A DNA stretch of 64,000 bases, from positions 8,755 to 72,754 of the forward strand of contig JAFUPC010000076.1 of the NCBI GenBank assembly GCA_017481495.1, read 5' to 3'. This document shows, in pieces, positions 36,864 through 45,808 of the stretch (position 1 is the first letter of the stretch; each line of letters starts with the position of its first letter). The notes under the pieces were generated by a model. It searched no databases, was not told the origin of the DNA, and worked only from the letters and a program-made list of their open reading frames with translations. The position numbers and the translations under genes were made by a program. This DNA comes from Clostridia bacterium. Its GTDB lineage: Bacteria > Bacillota > Clostridia > Oscillospirales > CAG-272.

Positions 36864-38477
36864 TTATGTTTCGTTGATATGAATCTGAACGCTGTCCGCA
36901 TTTGTTTTGTTTGTAATAAGAGAAGCTTCGTCCGTGATGGATGTCTTATCTCTTGTACAGTCATCAAACCATAGATTCCGGATCTCTCCGCTGTCCGAAT
37001 TGTCGGCAATGCGCACCGCCTTGTCCCCGCGGATGTCGATGTTCTCAAAATAAACATTTTCAATGACTGCCGTCGCACCGGCTTCCAGCGTGACATTGAT
37101 GGGATATTTCACGTTCTTGTAAAGCTCGATATTTTCAAAGGAAATATTGTCCACGCGCGCCGCACCGGTCAGATAGACGACAAGCGAACCGAGCGCATCC
37201 ATCCACTCCGCACTTGCGTGTCCGACGGAGCAGTCGACAAAATGCACATCCGCAATGTCCCGCACGCTTTCCGCGATGATGCCGAGTCCGCGCGCCTTGT
37301 CCGGCCACGCATGGCAGTCCTCGAAGCGGATATTGCCGATCTCGATGGAACAGTTTCCGTACATGGATTTGACTTCAAACAGGTCATCGCCGGAGCGGGC
37401 GAAGCAGTTCTTCACAAGCGCATTGCGGCTGTCGACCAGACAGATACCGTCGCTGTTCTGCCGATAACCGAACAGCATGACACCCTCCACGGTAATGTTT
37501 TCACATTGCGTAAAATACACTGTCCATTCGGGGCTGTTGTTCATTGTGATGCCCGAAACCGTGACGTTTTCGGAGGAATCAAAGCGTACAGCAGACCGCG
37601 CGTGCCAGTCCAGCTGTGATAAATCGACATAACCGCGCCCCGTGATGCGGACGTTTTCGACACTGTCACCTTGGAAAACGGCGTTCCAGCGGGTCATGCC
37701 TGCCCAGTCGGGGGCGAGCATCGGGGTTTCTGCCATGTCCGGCATCACGGCGATAACGTGTGCGCCGGGCGCGAGATATACCTCGGTGTTGTCAAGAAAA
37801 TCAATATTGTATTTCAGATAATGGATGCCGTTATCAAAATACAGCACCTGTTTTTCGCCGGTAAACGCGAGTTTTTCCTCATGCGTTCCGGCGGGGACAT
37901 ACGTAACTGTATAACCATCGGGTACGACGTAAATTTCCTTTTCTCTGATGAACAGGGTCAGCACTTTTCGTTTTCCGCCGTCGATGGAGAAAGAATAGCT
38001 GCCAAAGTCCTCGATCACCGCGGTCACGGTGTCACCGGAGATGTCAGCTGTGATGCCGCGCATCTGGGGCAGGACGACCATATCGTGCCCGTCCATGTCA
38101 GCTGTGATGGAAACGGTCAGCGGAAACGCATCCGCCGTCACATCCGCCATCGCAAACGAATGCGCACCGGCAGACGTGCGCACCGCGTAGCAGGGTACCT
38201 CCGTGTCGTTCAGCGCAAGCGCGAAATACGGCGAGAGAACCGTTCCCACGTCTTTTGCTTCATTATTATGTGTGCCGTCGGAATAATCGACCTCCTCGAT
38301 AAAGGTCCCGATATCCGCCGCCGCTGTAATTCCGTTAAGTGTGATCGGTGAAATCATTGGTATCTCCTCAAAATCATCATGTATTAACGTTTCATTTCCG
38401 CCCGTGCATCCGCCGAGCAGTACCGGGATTGCCAGCATCGCCGCCGCAAAGCACAAGAGCCATCTTTTTGCGCGCAT
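36864..38477 (-). CDS. GH28-like right-handed beta-helix glycosidase lipoprotein
   Basis: MRAKRWLLCFAAAMLAIPVLLGGC lipobox, then NSPEW, QNSDGI and SGDDLFEVKS motifs reminiscent of GH28. ATG 38477 has RBS AAAAAGGAG; the track start 38552 runs into tRNA-Cys. Confidence 0.75.
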   Translation of the reverse strand: MRAKRWLLCFAAAMLAIPVLLGGCTGGNETLIHDDFEEIPMISPITLNGITAAADIGTFIEEVDYSDGTHNNEAKDVGTVLSPYFALALNDTEVPCYAVRTSAGAHSFAMADVTADAFPLTVSITADMDGHDMVVLPQMRGITADISGDTVTAVIEDFGSYSFSIDGGKRKVLTLFIREKEIYVVPDGYTVTYVPAGTHEEKLAFTGEKQVLYFDNGIHYLKYNIDFLDNTEVYLAPGAHVIAVMPDMAETPMLAPDWAGMTRWNAVFQGDSVENVRITGRGYVDLSQLDWHARSAVRFDSSENVTVSGITMNNSPEWTVYFTQCENITVEGVMLFGYRQNSDGICLVDSRNALVKNCFARSGDDLFEVKSMYGNCSIEIGNIRFEDCHAWPDKARGLGIIAESVRDIADVHFVDCSVGHASAEWMDALGSLVVYLTGAARVDNISFENIELYKNVKYPINVTLEAGATAVIENVYFENIDIRGDKAVRIADNSDSGEIRNLWFDDCTRDKTSITDEASLITNKTNADSVQIHINET

Positions 38478-38502
38478 TCCGTTCTCCTTTTTGTGTATAA
38501 CG

Positions 38503-38531
38503 AAAAATCCCCCACCGGATTCCGGCAGGGG
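38503..38531 (-). terminator. terminator after tRNA-Cys (end of tRNA operon B)
   Basis: RNA sense CCCCTGCCGG-aat-CCGGTGGGG (imperfect) followed by ATTTTT. Confidence 0.55.
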
Positions 38532-38540
38532 ATCATCTTC

Positions 38541-38615
<75 letters not shown>

Positions 38616-38694
38616 ATCTGTTTTGAACCGGGGTTCAAAACTGCGAGTTTTGCGCTTGCGTAAAACCTCGTTTGATGTTCCGATACGAAATATC

Positions 38695-38835
38695 GAAACT
38701 GTGTCGAAGTTTCAACTTCGTTGAAACTTCTGAATTTCGGCATCCGCCGAAATTCTTGGAGCGGATTACGGGTCTCGAACCCGCCACCTCGACCTTGGCA
38801 AGGTCGCGCTCTACCAAATGAGCTAAATCCGCAGG
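38695..38835 (-). repeat. ~140 nt duplicated block (tRNA-Gly(GCC) plus 3' hairpin spacer), copy B
   Basis: Matches 35529-35668. Confidence 0.85.
38757..38832 (-). tRNA. tRNA-Gly (anticodon GCC)
   Basis: By hand comparison, matches the 35590..35665 copy. Confidence 0.9.
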
Positions 38836-38897
38836 GTGCGTATTCTCGGAGATGGGAAATACGCAAAGTCAACTTTCGACAGCGATTGCCGTCTACT

Positions 38898-38973
38898 TGG
38901 TGCCTCCGATCGGAATTGAACCAACGACACGGGGATTTTCAGTCCCCTGCTCTACCAACTGAGCTACAGAGGC
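38898..38973 (-). tRNA. tRNA-Phe (anticodon GAA)
   Basis: By hand comparison, matches the 35390..35465 copy. Confidence 0.9.
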
Positions 38974-38976
38974 AAA

Positions 38977-39053
38977 TGGCGACCTGGATGGGGTTCGAAC
39001 CCACGACCTCTAGCGTGACAGGCTAGCGTTCTAACCAACTGAACTACCAGGCC
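38977..39053 (-). tRNA. tRNA-Asp (anticodon GTC), CCA encoded
   Basis: GGCCTGG acceptor, anticodon arm CTAGC-CTGTCAC-GCTAG, T loop TTCGAAC. Confidence 0.9.
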
Positions 39054-39137
39054 AAACGTTTTCGCGATACGAAAACCCAAAGAATGCTCCGCATTCTTTC
39101 CGGTCTGCTTCACAAACTTTATCAAAGCGAAAACTTC

Positions 39138-39213
39138 TGGTGGAAACTACAGGGATCGAACCTGTGACCCTCTGCTTGTAAGGCAGATGCTCTCCCAGCT
39201 GAGCTAAGCTTCC
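39138..39213 (-). tRNA. tRNA-Val (anticodon TAC), CCA encoded
   Basis: GGAAGCT acceptor, anticodon arm TCTGC-CTTACAA-GCAGA, T loop TTCGATC. Confidence 0.9.
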
Positions 39214-39264
39214 GTTTTACGTCCGGGAACTTCATCCTGTCGTCTGTTCCCTGCGACGTATAAT

Positions 39265-39293
39265 ATTATACCACATCCTGTTCCGTTTGTCAA
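39265..39293 (-). promoter_or_regulatory. promoter of tRNA operon B
   Basis: TTGACA (39293-39288), 17 nt ending in TGG, TATAAT (39270-39265). The surrounding sequence is similar to promoter A. Confidence 0.7.
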
Positions 39294-39330
39294 CAGGTTT
39301 TTCAAAATTTTTTTGAAATTTGGAAATATT

Positions 39331-40275
39331 TTATTTTTCTTCTTTGTCTTCGGTGTCTGCCGCGGCATCCGCTTCCGCTTCTTTTTCCGCATCGCGGAAC
39401 AGCTTTTCGCAGTCCTCTGGCGTGAAAACGTACTTTTTGTCGCAGAAGTGACAGCAGACCTCGACCTGTCCCTGCTCTGCGAGAATGTCATCCACTTCCT
39501 TTTTCCCGACGGTCACAAGCGCGCGACCGGTGCGCTCCCGGGAGCAGTCGCAGACGTAATCGACGGAAATTTCGTCGAACAGGTCGTAGGGGATATCCTG
39601 GAACGCGGTCGCAAGGATCTCCTCGTTGCTCTTTCCGGATGCGAACAGATTGGAAACGGACGAAAGGAACTGCGCGTTGCGCTCGATCAGATCAATGGTA
39701 TGCTCATCTGCAAACGGCAGAAGCTGGATCAGAACGCCGCCTGCACCCTTGCAGGTATAATCGACATCCACGAGAACACCGAGTGCGCAGAGGGTCGGGG
39801 TCTGCTCGGAGGTGGCGTAATAGTTGGTGATGTCCTCGGCGATCTCCCCGGAGACGATCGGCGACTGGCTGACGTACGGCTCCCGCATACCAAGGTCTTT
39901 GGACACGGTCATGTATCCCCGTCCGACGGCGGCGGAAACGTTGAGTTTGCCGTTGAATTTTTTCGGCACGTCAACGAGCGGATTCTGGATATAGCCTTTG
40001 ACGTTGCCGTAGTAGTCGGTCGTCGCAAGGATCGTGCCCGCCGGGCCGTCACCGCGAAACGCCAGCGTCAGCATATTGCCCTTTTCCTTTAACTGCACGC
40101 CCATTAAGGAGGCGGCGGTCAGGGTTCTGCCCAGTGCCGCGGATGCGGTCGGGGTGGTATGGTGATAACCGATGGCGGTATTGACGATATCGGTCGAATT
40201 GATGACAAAGATGCGCGCGGAGCCGTCCTGGGACATGGCGCGCAGAATTTTGGACTGCTTTTTTTCCTGTATCAT
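39331..40275 (-). CDS. hslO: redox-regulated chaperone Hsp33
   Basis: Hsp33-like sequence with the C-terminal zinc centre CDCS..CHFCDKKY, followed by an acidic tail. First ATG is 40275 (the track start is a TTG). Confidence 0.85.
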   Translation of the reverse strand: MIQEKKQSKILRAMSQDGSARIFVINSTDIVNTAIGYHHTTPTASAALGRTLTAASLMGVQLKEKGNMLTLAFRGDGPAGTILATTDYYGNVKGYIQNPLVDVPKKFNGKLNVSAAVGRGYMTVSKDLGMREPYVSQSPIVSGEIAEDITNYYATSEQTPTLCALGVLVDVDYTCKGAGGVLIQLLPFADEHTIDLIERNAQFLSSVSNLFASGKSNEEILATAFQDIPYDLFDEISVDYVCDCSRERTGRALVTVGKKEVDDILAEQGQVEVCCHFCDKKYVFTPEDCEKLFRDAEKEAEADAAADTEDKEEK

Positions 40276-40311
40276 AATGGAAAACAACCTTTTCTGTGTT
40301 TCTGTGTATGT

Positions 40312-41067
40312 TTATATCTTTTTGCAGACGAAATAGTGACGTTCATCCGTCAGACCGGCGGGGGTTCCCGCAAGGTCGGAATAGATGCCCAGCACCGCAA
40401 AGCCCGCTTTTTCAAGAAGATTTTTCATCGTCCGGTCGGAATACGCGCGCTCGGACTGCACTTCCTCGTATCTTGCCCACAGGCCATCCTCTCCCGTTTC
40501 CATGAAGAACGTCAGATAGAACCGGCAGAGACCCGTGTTCGGATTGTAGTCGTTCTGCCAGCCGAGATAAGTGGTCTCGTTTTCGAGAATGTAGCTTTCA
40601 TTGCCGAAAACGTGCTCAAACTTCCACGGTGTGTTGACATCAAAAATAAACAGACCGCCGTCGTCAAGGAAGGTATGTACCCGCGCAAAGCACAGCGACA
40701 CATCGTCGCGCTTCGTCAGATAATTGATGCCGTCGAGGGAACAGACGACCGCTCCGACCGTTCCGAACAGGTCAAAAGCACGCATATCCTGTTCCAGATA
40801 CAAAACAGGCAGATTCTGCTCCTCCGCCGCTGCCGCCGCACGCGACAGCATTTCCGCCGACAGATCAACGCCGATCATGTCGTAACCACGGGCAGCAAGG
40901 ATGTTGGTCAGCTTTCCCGTTCCGCATCCGAGATCAAGCACAATGGACGGACGATGCCCGAGATGCTCGGAAAACTGCCGCTCATAAAAGTCCGCCCACG
41001 CCGGATAATCGACCTCCTCCATCAACGTGTCGTAGCATTCCGCCAGAATGGAATACGGTGCGCTCAT
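40312..41067 (-). CDS. class I SAM-dependent methyltransferase
   Basis: Motif I VLDLGCGTGKLT. The start overlaps the stop of the upstream yerC-like gene (ATGA). Confidence 0.85.
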   Translation of the reverse strand: MSAPYSILAECYDTLMEEVDYPAWADFYERQFSEHLGHRPSIVLDLGCGTGKLTNILAARGYDMIGVDLSAEMLSRAAAAAEEQNLPVLYLEQDMRAFDLFGTVGAVVCSLDGINYLTKRDDVSLCFARVHTFLDDGGLFIFDVNTPWKFEHVFGNESYILENETTYLGWQNDYNPNTGLCRFYLTFFMETGEDGLWARYEEVQSERAYSDRTMKNLLEKAGFAVLGIYSDLAGTPAGLTDERHYFVCKKI

Positions 41068-41390
41068 GTCCGGTCTCCGCTTTCGCCGCTCTCCGCGGAT
41101 TCCTTTTCCCGCATCCGGGCAAGGATGGTCGCATAGCCGTCCGCGCCGTATTTGAGACAGCGGTTGACCCGGCTGATGGTCGCGGTGGAAAGTCCGGTCT
41201 GCTCGGCAATCTCGTTGTAGATGCAGTTCTCGGACAGGAGTTTTGCCGCAAACAGGCGGCGGGACATCTCCTGCAATTCCGGCACGGTGCAGAGGTCTTC
41301 AAAGAAATTATAGCATTCGTCGATGGATTCAAGGGACAAAATGCTCTCAAAGAGCAGGTTCATTTTTTCGTCCTTCATTTTTTCGTTCAT
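41064..41390 (-). CDS. YerC/YecD-family TrpR-like DNA-binding protein
   Basis: ..ECYNFFEDLCTVPELQEMSRRLFAAKLL..YNEIAEQTGLSTATISRVNRCLKYG is typical of the family. ATG 41390 has RBS GGAAAGGAAA. Confidence 0.8.
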   Translation of the reverse strand: MNEKMKDEKMNLLFESILSLESIDECYNFFEDLCTVPELQEMSRRLFAAKLLSENCIYNEIAEQTGLSTATISRVNRCLKYGADGYATILARMREKESAESGESGDRT

Positions 41391-41650
41391 GGCGTTTTTC
41401 CTTTCCGTTGATGATACGAACATATGATACCTATATTATACAACAATTTGCTGTCAAAGTAAAGTGCAAAATTGTGAATTCGCGTATTTATTTATTCATA
41501 TTCGGAGCAGTCATTATCATTATTCATGGATTTTTAACATTCCAGTCACAAATAAAAAATATCTGCAAAACAAGAACATGGTATACTATATTATTATGAC
41601 CCTACGAACGATGATACCCATCCGATGAAATGCACCACAAGGAGAACTCT

Positions 41651-42112
41651 ATGAATCAGCTTTCCGATCTCTTCTCAAATCCGTTTCTCACAACGCCGCT
41701 TTTTGCCTGGCTCTGTGCGCAGGTTCTGAAAACGTTCACGCATCTTTGGATTTACCGTACCTTTGACATCCGGCGGCTCTTCGGGGACGGCGGGATGCCC
41801 TCGGGTCATTCCGCGACAGTCACGTCCCTTGCGGCAATGGCGGGGCTGGTTTATGGGCTTGCTTCCTTTGAATTTGCGGTCAGCGCCATTCTTGCCATCA
41901 TCGTCTGCCACGATGCGATGGGTGTACGTCTGGAAACCGGAAAGCAGGCCGCCGTCATCAACGACCTTGTGGAGATCATTGATATGCTCACCGCCGACGA
42001 CTCCGTTCCGGAGGTCAAGCTGAAAGAATTTGTCGGTCACACACCCATTCAGGTGTTTGCCGGAATCCTCGTCGGACTTGCCGTCGCGGGTTTGCGGTAT
42101 TTATTTATGTAA
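41651..42112 (+). CDS. divergent PAP2-family membrane protein (DUF212 type)
   Basis: GGMPSGHSATV motif; ATG 41651 has RBS AAGGAGA. Confidence 0.8.
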   Translation: MNQLSDLFSNPFLTTPLFAWLCAQVLKTFTHLWIYRTFDIRRLFGDGGMPSGHSATVTSLAAMAGLVYGLASFEFAVSAILAIIVCHDAMGVRLETGKQAAVINDLVEIIDMLTADDSVPEVKLKEFVGHTPIQVFAGILVGLAVAGLRYLFM

Positions 42113-42122
42113 CAGGAGTTCC

Positions 42123-42686
42123 ATGAAAAAAACGAACAAAGAATTCGAAAATCTCATCCACGACATCACGAATACCGAGGTATATAACGTGATGAAGCGG
42201 TACCGTCATCATCTCAAAGGCAGTGTCTACGACCACTCGGTCAAGGTCGCCTATCTCTGCTACAAGCATTATCAGCGTTTCGGCACCAAGGTCGCCCCCG
42301 AAGAATTGCTCCGCGGGGCGCTTCTCCATGATTTTTATCTTTACGACCGCAAAAACAAAGCCATGTCGCCGCGCCTGCACGTTCTGCGGCATCCGCGTTA
42401 TGCGCTTGCCAATGCAAAGGAATACTACACCGGTCTGACGCGCATCGAGCAGGACATGATTCTGCACCATATGTTCCCTTTGACCATCAGTCCCCCGCGC
42501 ACGAGAGCCGGATGGCTCATCTGCTTTTACGACAAGGTTGCAGCCGTGACGGATGTGTTCGGGCGCAACAAATGGAAGCACCGCCAATCTGCCCTCCCTC
42601 CCGCACAGTCCGACAAAGTTTTTCTGCCCGCACTCCTCCCGCCGGCGAAGAAAAATCGCTCTGGCAAAAAACGCGGTCATGTTTAA
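42123..42686 (+). CDS. HD-domain phosphohydrolase
   Basis: H..HD pattern (SVYDHSVKV.., ALLHDFYLYD, HHMFPL). ATG 42123 has RBS AGGAG; the track start lies inside the previous gene. Confidence 0.75.
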   Translation: MKKTNKEFENLIHDITNTEVYNVMKRYRHHLKGSVYDHSVKVAYLCYKHYQRFGTKVAPEELLRGALLHDFYLYDRKNKAMSPRLHVLRHPRYALANAKEYYTGLTRIEQDMILHHMFPLTISPPRTRAGWLICFYDKVAAVTDVFGRNKWKHRQSALPPAQSDKVFLPALLPPAKKNRSGKKRGHV

Positions 42687-42788
42687 CAAAACGGAAACAT
42701 TTCAAAAAACATTCGCAAACACCCCTGCGGTATAATAATATCACAACAGGTAATCAAGGAAAAATAACCAAGAGAGGTAAATGATATT

Positions 42789-43154
42789 ATGAACCGCAAC
42801 GACACTGAATTCCTCGCACAGAAGATCCGTTCCCAGTATATGGAAAAGAAAGTCACGGAGCTTGATGAGCTCCGCGCGCTCGATGCAAAGGTAAAGAAAC
42901 CCGTCAACGTTTTCGCCTATGTCTTCGGCGGCATCAGTGCCATCATCATGGGCTGCGGCATGAGCCTTGTCATGACCGACATCGGTACATCCGTCGGCGT
43001 CGCAGAACCGATGCTTCCCGGCATCGTGCTCGGTGTCATCGGCATGGTCATGGCGATCATCAATTACCCGATGTACAACAATCTCCTTGCATCCCGCAAG
43101 GTAAAGTATGCAGACCGCATTCTCGCGCTCAGCGAAAAGATCATGAACCGATAA
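42789..43154 (+). CDS. small two-TM membrane protein, uncharacterised family (paralogue of 47920..48297)
   Basis: 121 aa: N-terminal amphipathic helix (..ELDELRALDAKV..), two TM segments and a basic C-terminal helix. Alignable by eye with the 125-aa protein at 47920. Confidence 0.7.
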   Translation: MNRNDTEFLAQKIRSQYMEKKVTELDELRALDAKVKKPVNVFAYVFGGISAIIMGCGMSLVMTDIGTSVGVAEPMLPGIVLGVIGMVMAIINYPMYNNLLASRKVKYADRILALSEKIMNR

Positions 43155-43175
43155 GATTCGAGGAGGAAATGGGAA

Positions 43176-43418
43176 ATGAATTTTCTGAAAAAAGCATTCG
43201 CAGACATGAAAGAATCGGCAAAGGAACAGCACAAGGTTGACCGGGCGAATTTTGAAGCGGTCAAAGCCGAATCCAAGGCAAACTTTGCAGAAGCAAAGGC
43301 AATGGGCAATCCCGAAACCCACAAAAAGATGATGCAGGCAGAACGCGATGCACAGGTAAAGGAAGCAAACGAACGCAAAGCCGCCGCAGAGGCCCGCATC
43401 GCAAACCTCAAAAAATAA
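43176..43418 (+). CDS. 80-aa Lys/Glu/Ala-rich helical protein, unknown function
   Basis: Strong RBS GAGGAGGAAA; lies 21 nt after the preceding gene. Confidence 0.6.
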   Translation: MNFLKKAFADMKESAKEQHKVDRANFEAVKAESKANFAEAKAMGNPETHKKMMQAERDAQVKEANERKAAAEARIANLKK

Positions 43419-43483
43419 TCACCATCCAAAGGGTCTGCCGCATCCCATGCAGCGGTCCCTTTTTCTGCTATGGGGAAACGATC

Positions 43484-45046
43484 ATGAAAAAGAAATATTC
43501 CTATGTTGCAAACGGCAAGACCGTTGAAAGAGAGTACAACTACATTCCCGTCCGGTACATCATTGCCATTCTGATCACCGTCGTGGAAATCGCCGCCATC
43601 ATCGGTATCGTCATCGCATTCTGTTATTACATCCCGTATTTTTACATCCTTGCATGGGCAACAGAAATCGGTGTTGTTGTGAGCATCGCCGCCTCGGACG
43701 ACAACCCGGACTACAAAATTCCGTGGCTTCTGTGTGTCATCTGCATTCCCATCGGCGGCTTTATGCTGTATTTCCTCTTTTACAACCGCCGTCTTCAGCC
43801 GAAGTTTGTCAAGCGGCTGAAACAGCTCGGCGACACGCCCGCGCCCGCGGACGACGCATCTCTTTTTGACCGTCTGGAAGAGGAAAACCGCACCGTCAGC
43901 AACCAGGCGCGGATGCTGTGCCATATTGCGGACACACATCTTTACACGGACACCGCGCAGACTTATTTTCCCTCCGGCCGGCAGATGTTCGATTCCATGC
44001 TCTGTGACCTTGCAAACGCGGAGAAGTTCATTTACATGGAATACTTCATCGTTGAGGAAGGTCTGTTCTGGAACTCGATTCTTGACATTCTGCGCAAAAA
44101 AGCAAAAGCGGGTGTGGAGGTGCGCATTCTGTATGACGACGTCGGCTGTATGACGACCCTGCCCGGCGACTACTGTCTGACATTGAAAAGGGACGGCATC
44201 AACGCCGTTCCGTTCTCCCGTCTGCGCGGCAACGCGGACAGCGAATTCAACAACCGCTCCCACCGGAAGATTCTCGTCATCGACGGCAAGGTCGGCTACA
44301 CAGGCGGCGTGAACATTGCCGATGAATACATCGGAGAGGTCATCCGCTTCGGGCACTGGAAGGACACCGGCATCCGGCTTTCCGGGGAAGCGGTATGGGA
44401 GCTGACCCGACTGTTTCTCTGCGATTGGGGCATCAATGTGCGGCGGCTGCCGGAGGTGCGTTCCGATCTGTATCCGGCTTGTGAAAATACTGCGCCCGGC
44501 TATCTGATTCCGTTCGGTGACGGTCCGAGTCCCATTTACCGCCGCCGCATCGGCAAGAGCGTGATTCAGAATATGCTCTACGGCGCACAGCGCTCCGTCA
44601 TTATGACCTCGCCGTATCTCATCATCGACAATGACCTCTGCCAGGACATCGAAAACACCGCGATGCGCGGGGTCAACGTGAAGATCATCGTGCCGCACAT
44701 TCCGGACAAGAAGATCGTGTTCGGGATGACACGCAGCTATTATTCCCGTCTGATGGATGCGGGGGTGGAAATTTACGAATATGAGCCCGGCTTCATCCAC
44801 GCAAAGAGCTATCTTGTGGACGACGAGCTTGCGATGATCGGCACCATCAATCTCGACTACCGTTCTCTTGTCCACCACTTTGAAAACGGCGTCTGGATGT
44901 ACCGCTGTGAAGCCGTCCGCGCGCTGCGCAAGGATCTGGACGACACCCTCGGATGCTCCATCCGTGTCACACGCGATATGCTTAAAATGTCGGTTTTCCG
45001 GCGGGCATTCCGGTCGGTGGTACGCATTTTCGCGCCGCTGTTGTGA
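43484..45046 (+). CDS. cls: cardiolipin synthase
   Basis: Two N-terminal TM segments and two HKD motifs (HRKILVIDG.., IHAKSYLVDD..GTINLD). Confidence 0.9.
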   Translation: MKKKYSYVANGKTVEREYNYIPVRYIIAILITVVEIAAIIGIVIAFCYYIPYFYILAWATEIGVVVSIAASDDNPDYKIPWLLCVICIPIGGFMLYFLFYNRRLQPKFVKRLKQLGDTPAPADDASLFDRLEEENRTVSNQARMLCHIADTHLYTDTAQTYFPSGRQMFDSMLCDLANAEKFIYMEYFIVEEGLFWNSILDILRKKAKAGVEVRILYDDVGCMTTLPGDYCLTLKRDGINAVPFSRLRGNADSEFNNRSHRKILVIDGKVGYTGGVNIADEYIGEVIRFGHWKDTGIRLSGEAVWELTRLFLCDWGINVRRLPEVRSDLYPACENTAPGYLIPFGDGPSPIYRRRIGKSVIQNMLYGAQRSVIMTSPYLIIDNDLCQDIENTAMRGVNVKIIVPHIPDKKIVFGMTRSYYSRLMDAGVEIYEYEPGFIHAKSYLVDDELAMIGTINLDYRSLVHHFENGVWMYRCEAVRALRKDLDDTLGCSIRVTRDMLKMSVFRRAFRSVVRIFAPLL

Positions 45047-45136
45047 AAAAATTCGGGAAAATGCGGATTCCGAAACAAAACATTAACAATTCCGTGCTAT
45101 ACTATATAGGATAACAATGGGAGGTGAGCCGTTTTC

Positions 45137-45808
45137 ATGTTCAAAATCCTGGTTCTGGAAGATGACCGTGCGCTGAACCGGTCGGTCTGTTCGTATTTGA
45201 ACAATACCGGCTACGAAGCCGTGGGGTGTCTGTCGGCGGAAGAAGCCTACGATGCCATGTATGCAACGATGTTTGATCTGATCATATCCGACATCATGAT
45301 GCCGGGCATCGACGGGTATGAATTTGCAAAGACCGTGCGTTCCTTAAACGAACAGATTCCCATCCTCTTTATGACCGCCCGCGACGATTTCGCATCGAAA
45401 CAGCGCGGCTACCGCGTGGGGATTGACGACTACATGGTTAAACCCATTGATCTGGATGAACTGTTCCTGCGCATCGGCGCACTGCTCCGCCGCTCGAAGA
45501 TCGCATCCAGCCGGACACTGACCGTCGGCGCGTTTTCGATGGACATGGACGAACACACCGCGTATCTTGACGGGGAGGAGATCTCCCTGACCGCGCGCGA
45601 GTTCAATCTGCTCTACAAGCTGCTCTCCTATCCGAAAAAAACCTTCACACGCACCCAGCTCATGGACGAATTCTGGGATGCGGAAACGGCATCCGGGCCG
45701 CGCACGGTCGATGTCTACATGACGAAGCTCCGCGCAAAGCTGTCCGCCTGTGAGGATTTCGAGATCGTCACGGTACACGGACTCGGCTACAAGGCGGTGC
45801 TGAAATGA
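45137..45808 (+). CDS. OmpR-family response regulator
   Basis: Receiver domain (LVLEDD.., DLIISDIMMPGIDG) plus a winged-helix output domain (..VDVYMTKLRAKL..GLGYK). Confidence 0.9.
   Translation: MFKILVLEDDRALNRSVCSYLNNTGYEAVGCLSAEEAYDAMYATMFDLIISDIMMPGIDGYEFAKTVRSLNEQIPILFMTARDDFASKQRGYRVGIDDYMVKPIDLDELFLRIGALLRRSKIASSRTLTVGAFSMDMDEHTAYLDGEEISLTAREFNLLYKLLSYPKKTFTRTQLMDEFWDAETASGPRTVDVYMTKLRAKLSACEDFEIVTVHGLGYKAVLK

Noticed and set aside
43419-43483. Possible terminator between the 80-aa gene and cls (GGGTCTGCCGC..GCAGCGGTCCC followed by TTTTT)
   Set aside because: The arms are not properly complementary (only CTGC/GCAG and GGG/CCC pair). It is too weak to call.
43064-44878. 604-aa minus-strand ORF opposite cls
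   Set aside because: Shadow. The + frame carries two HKD motifs.
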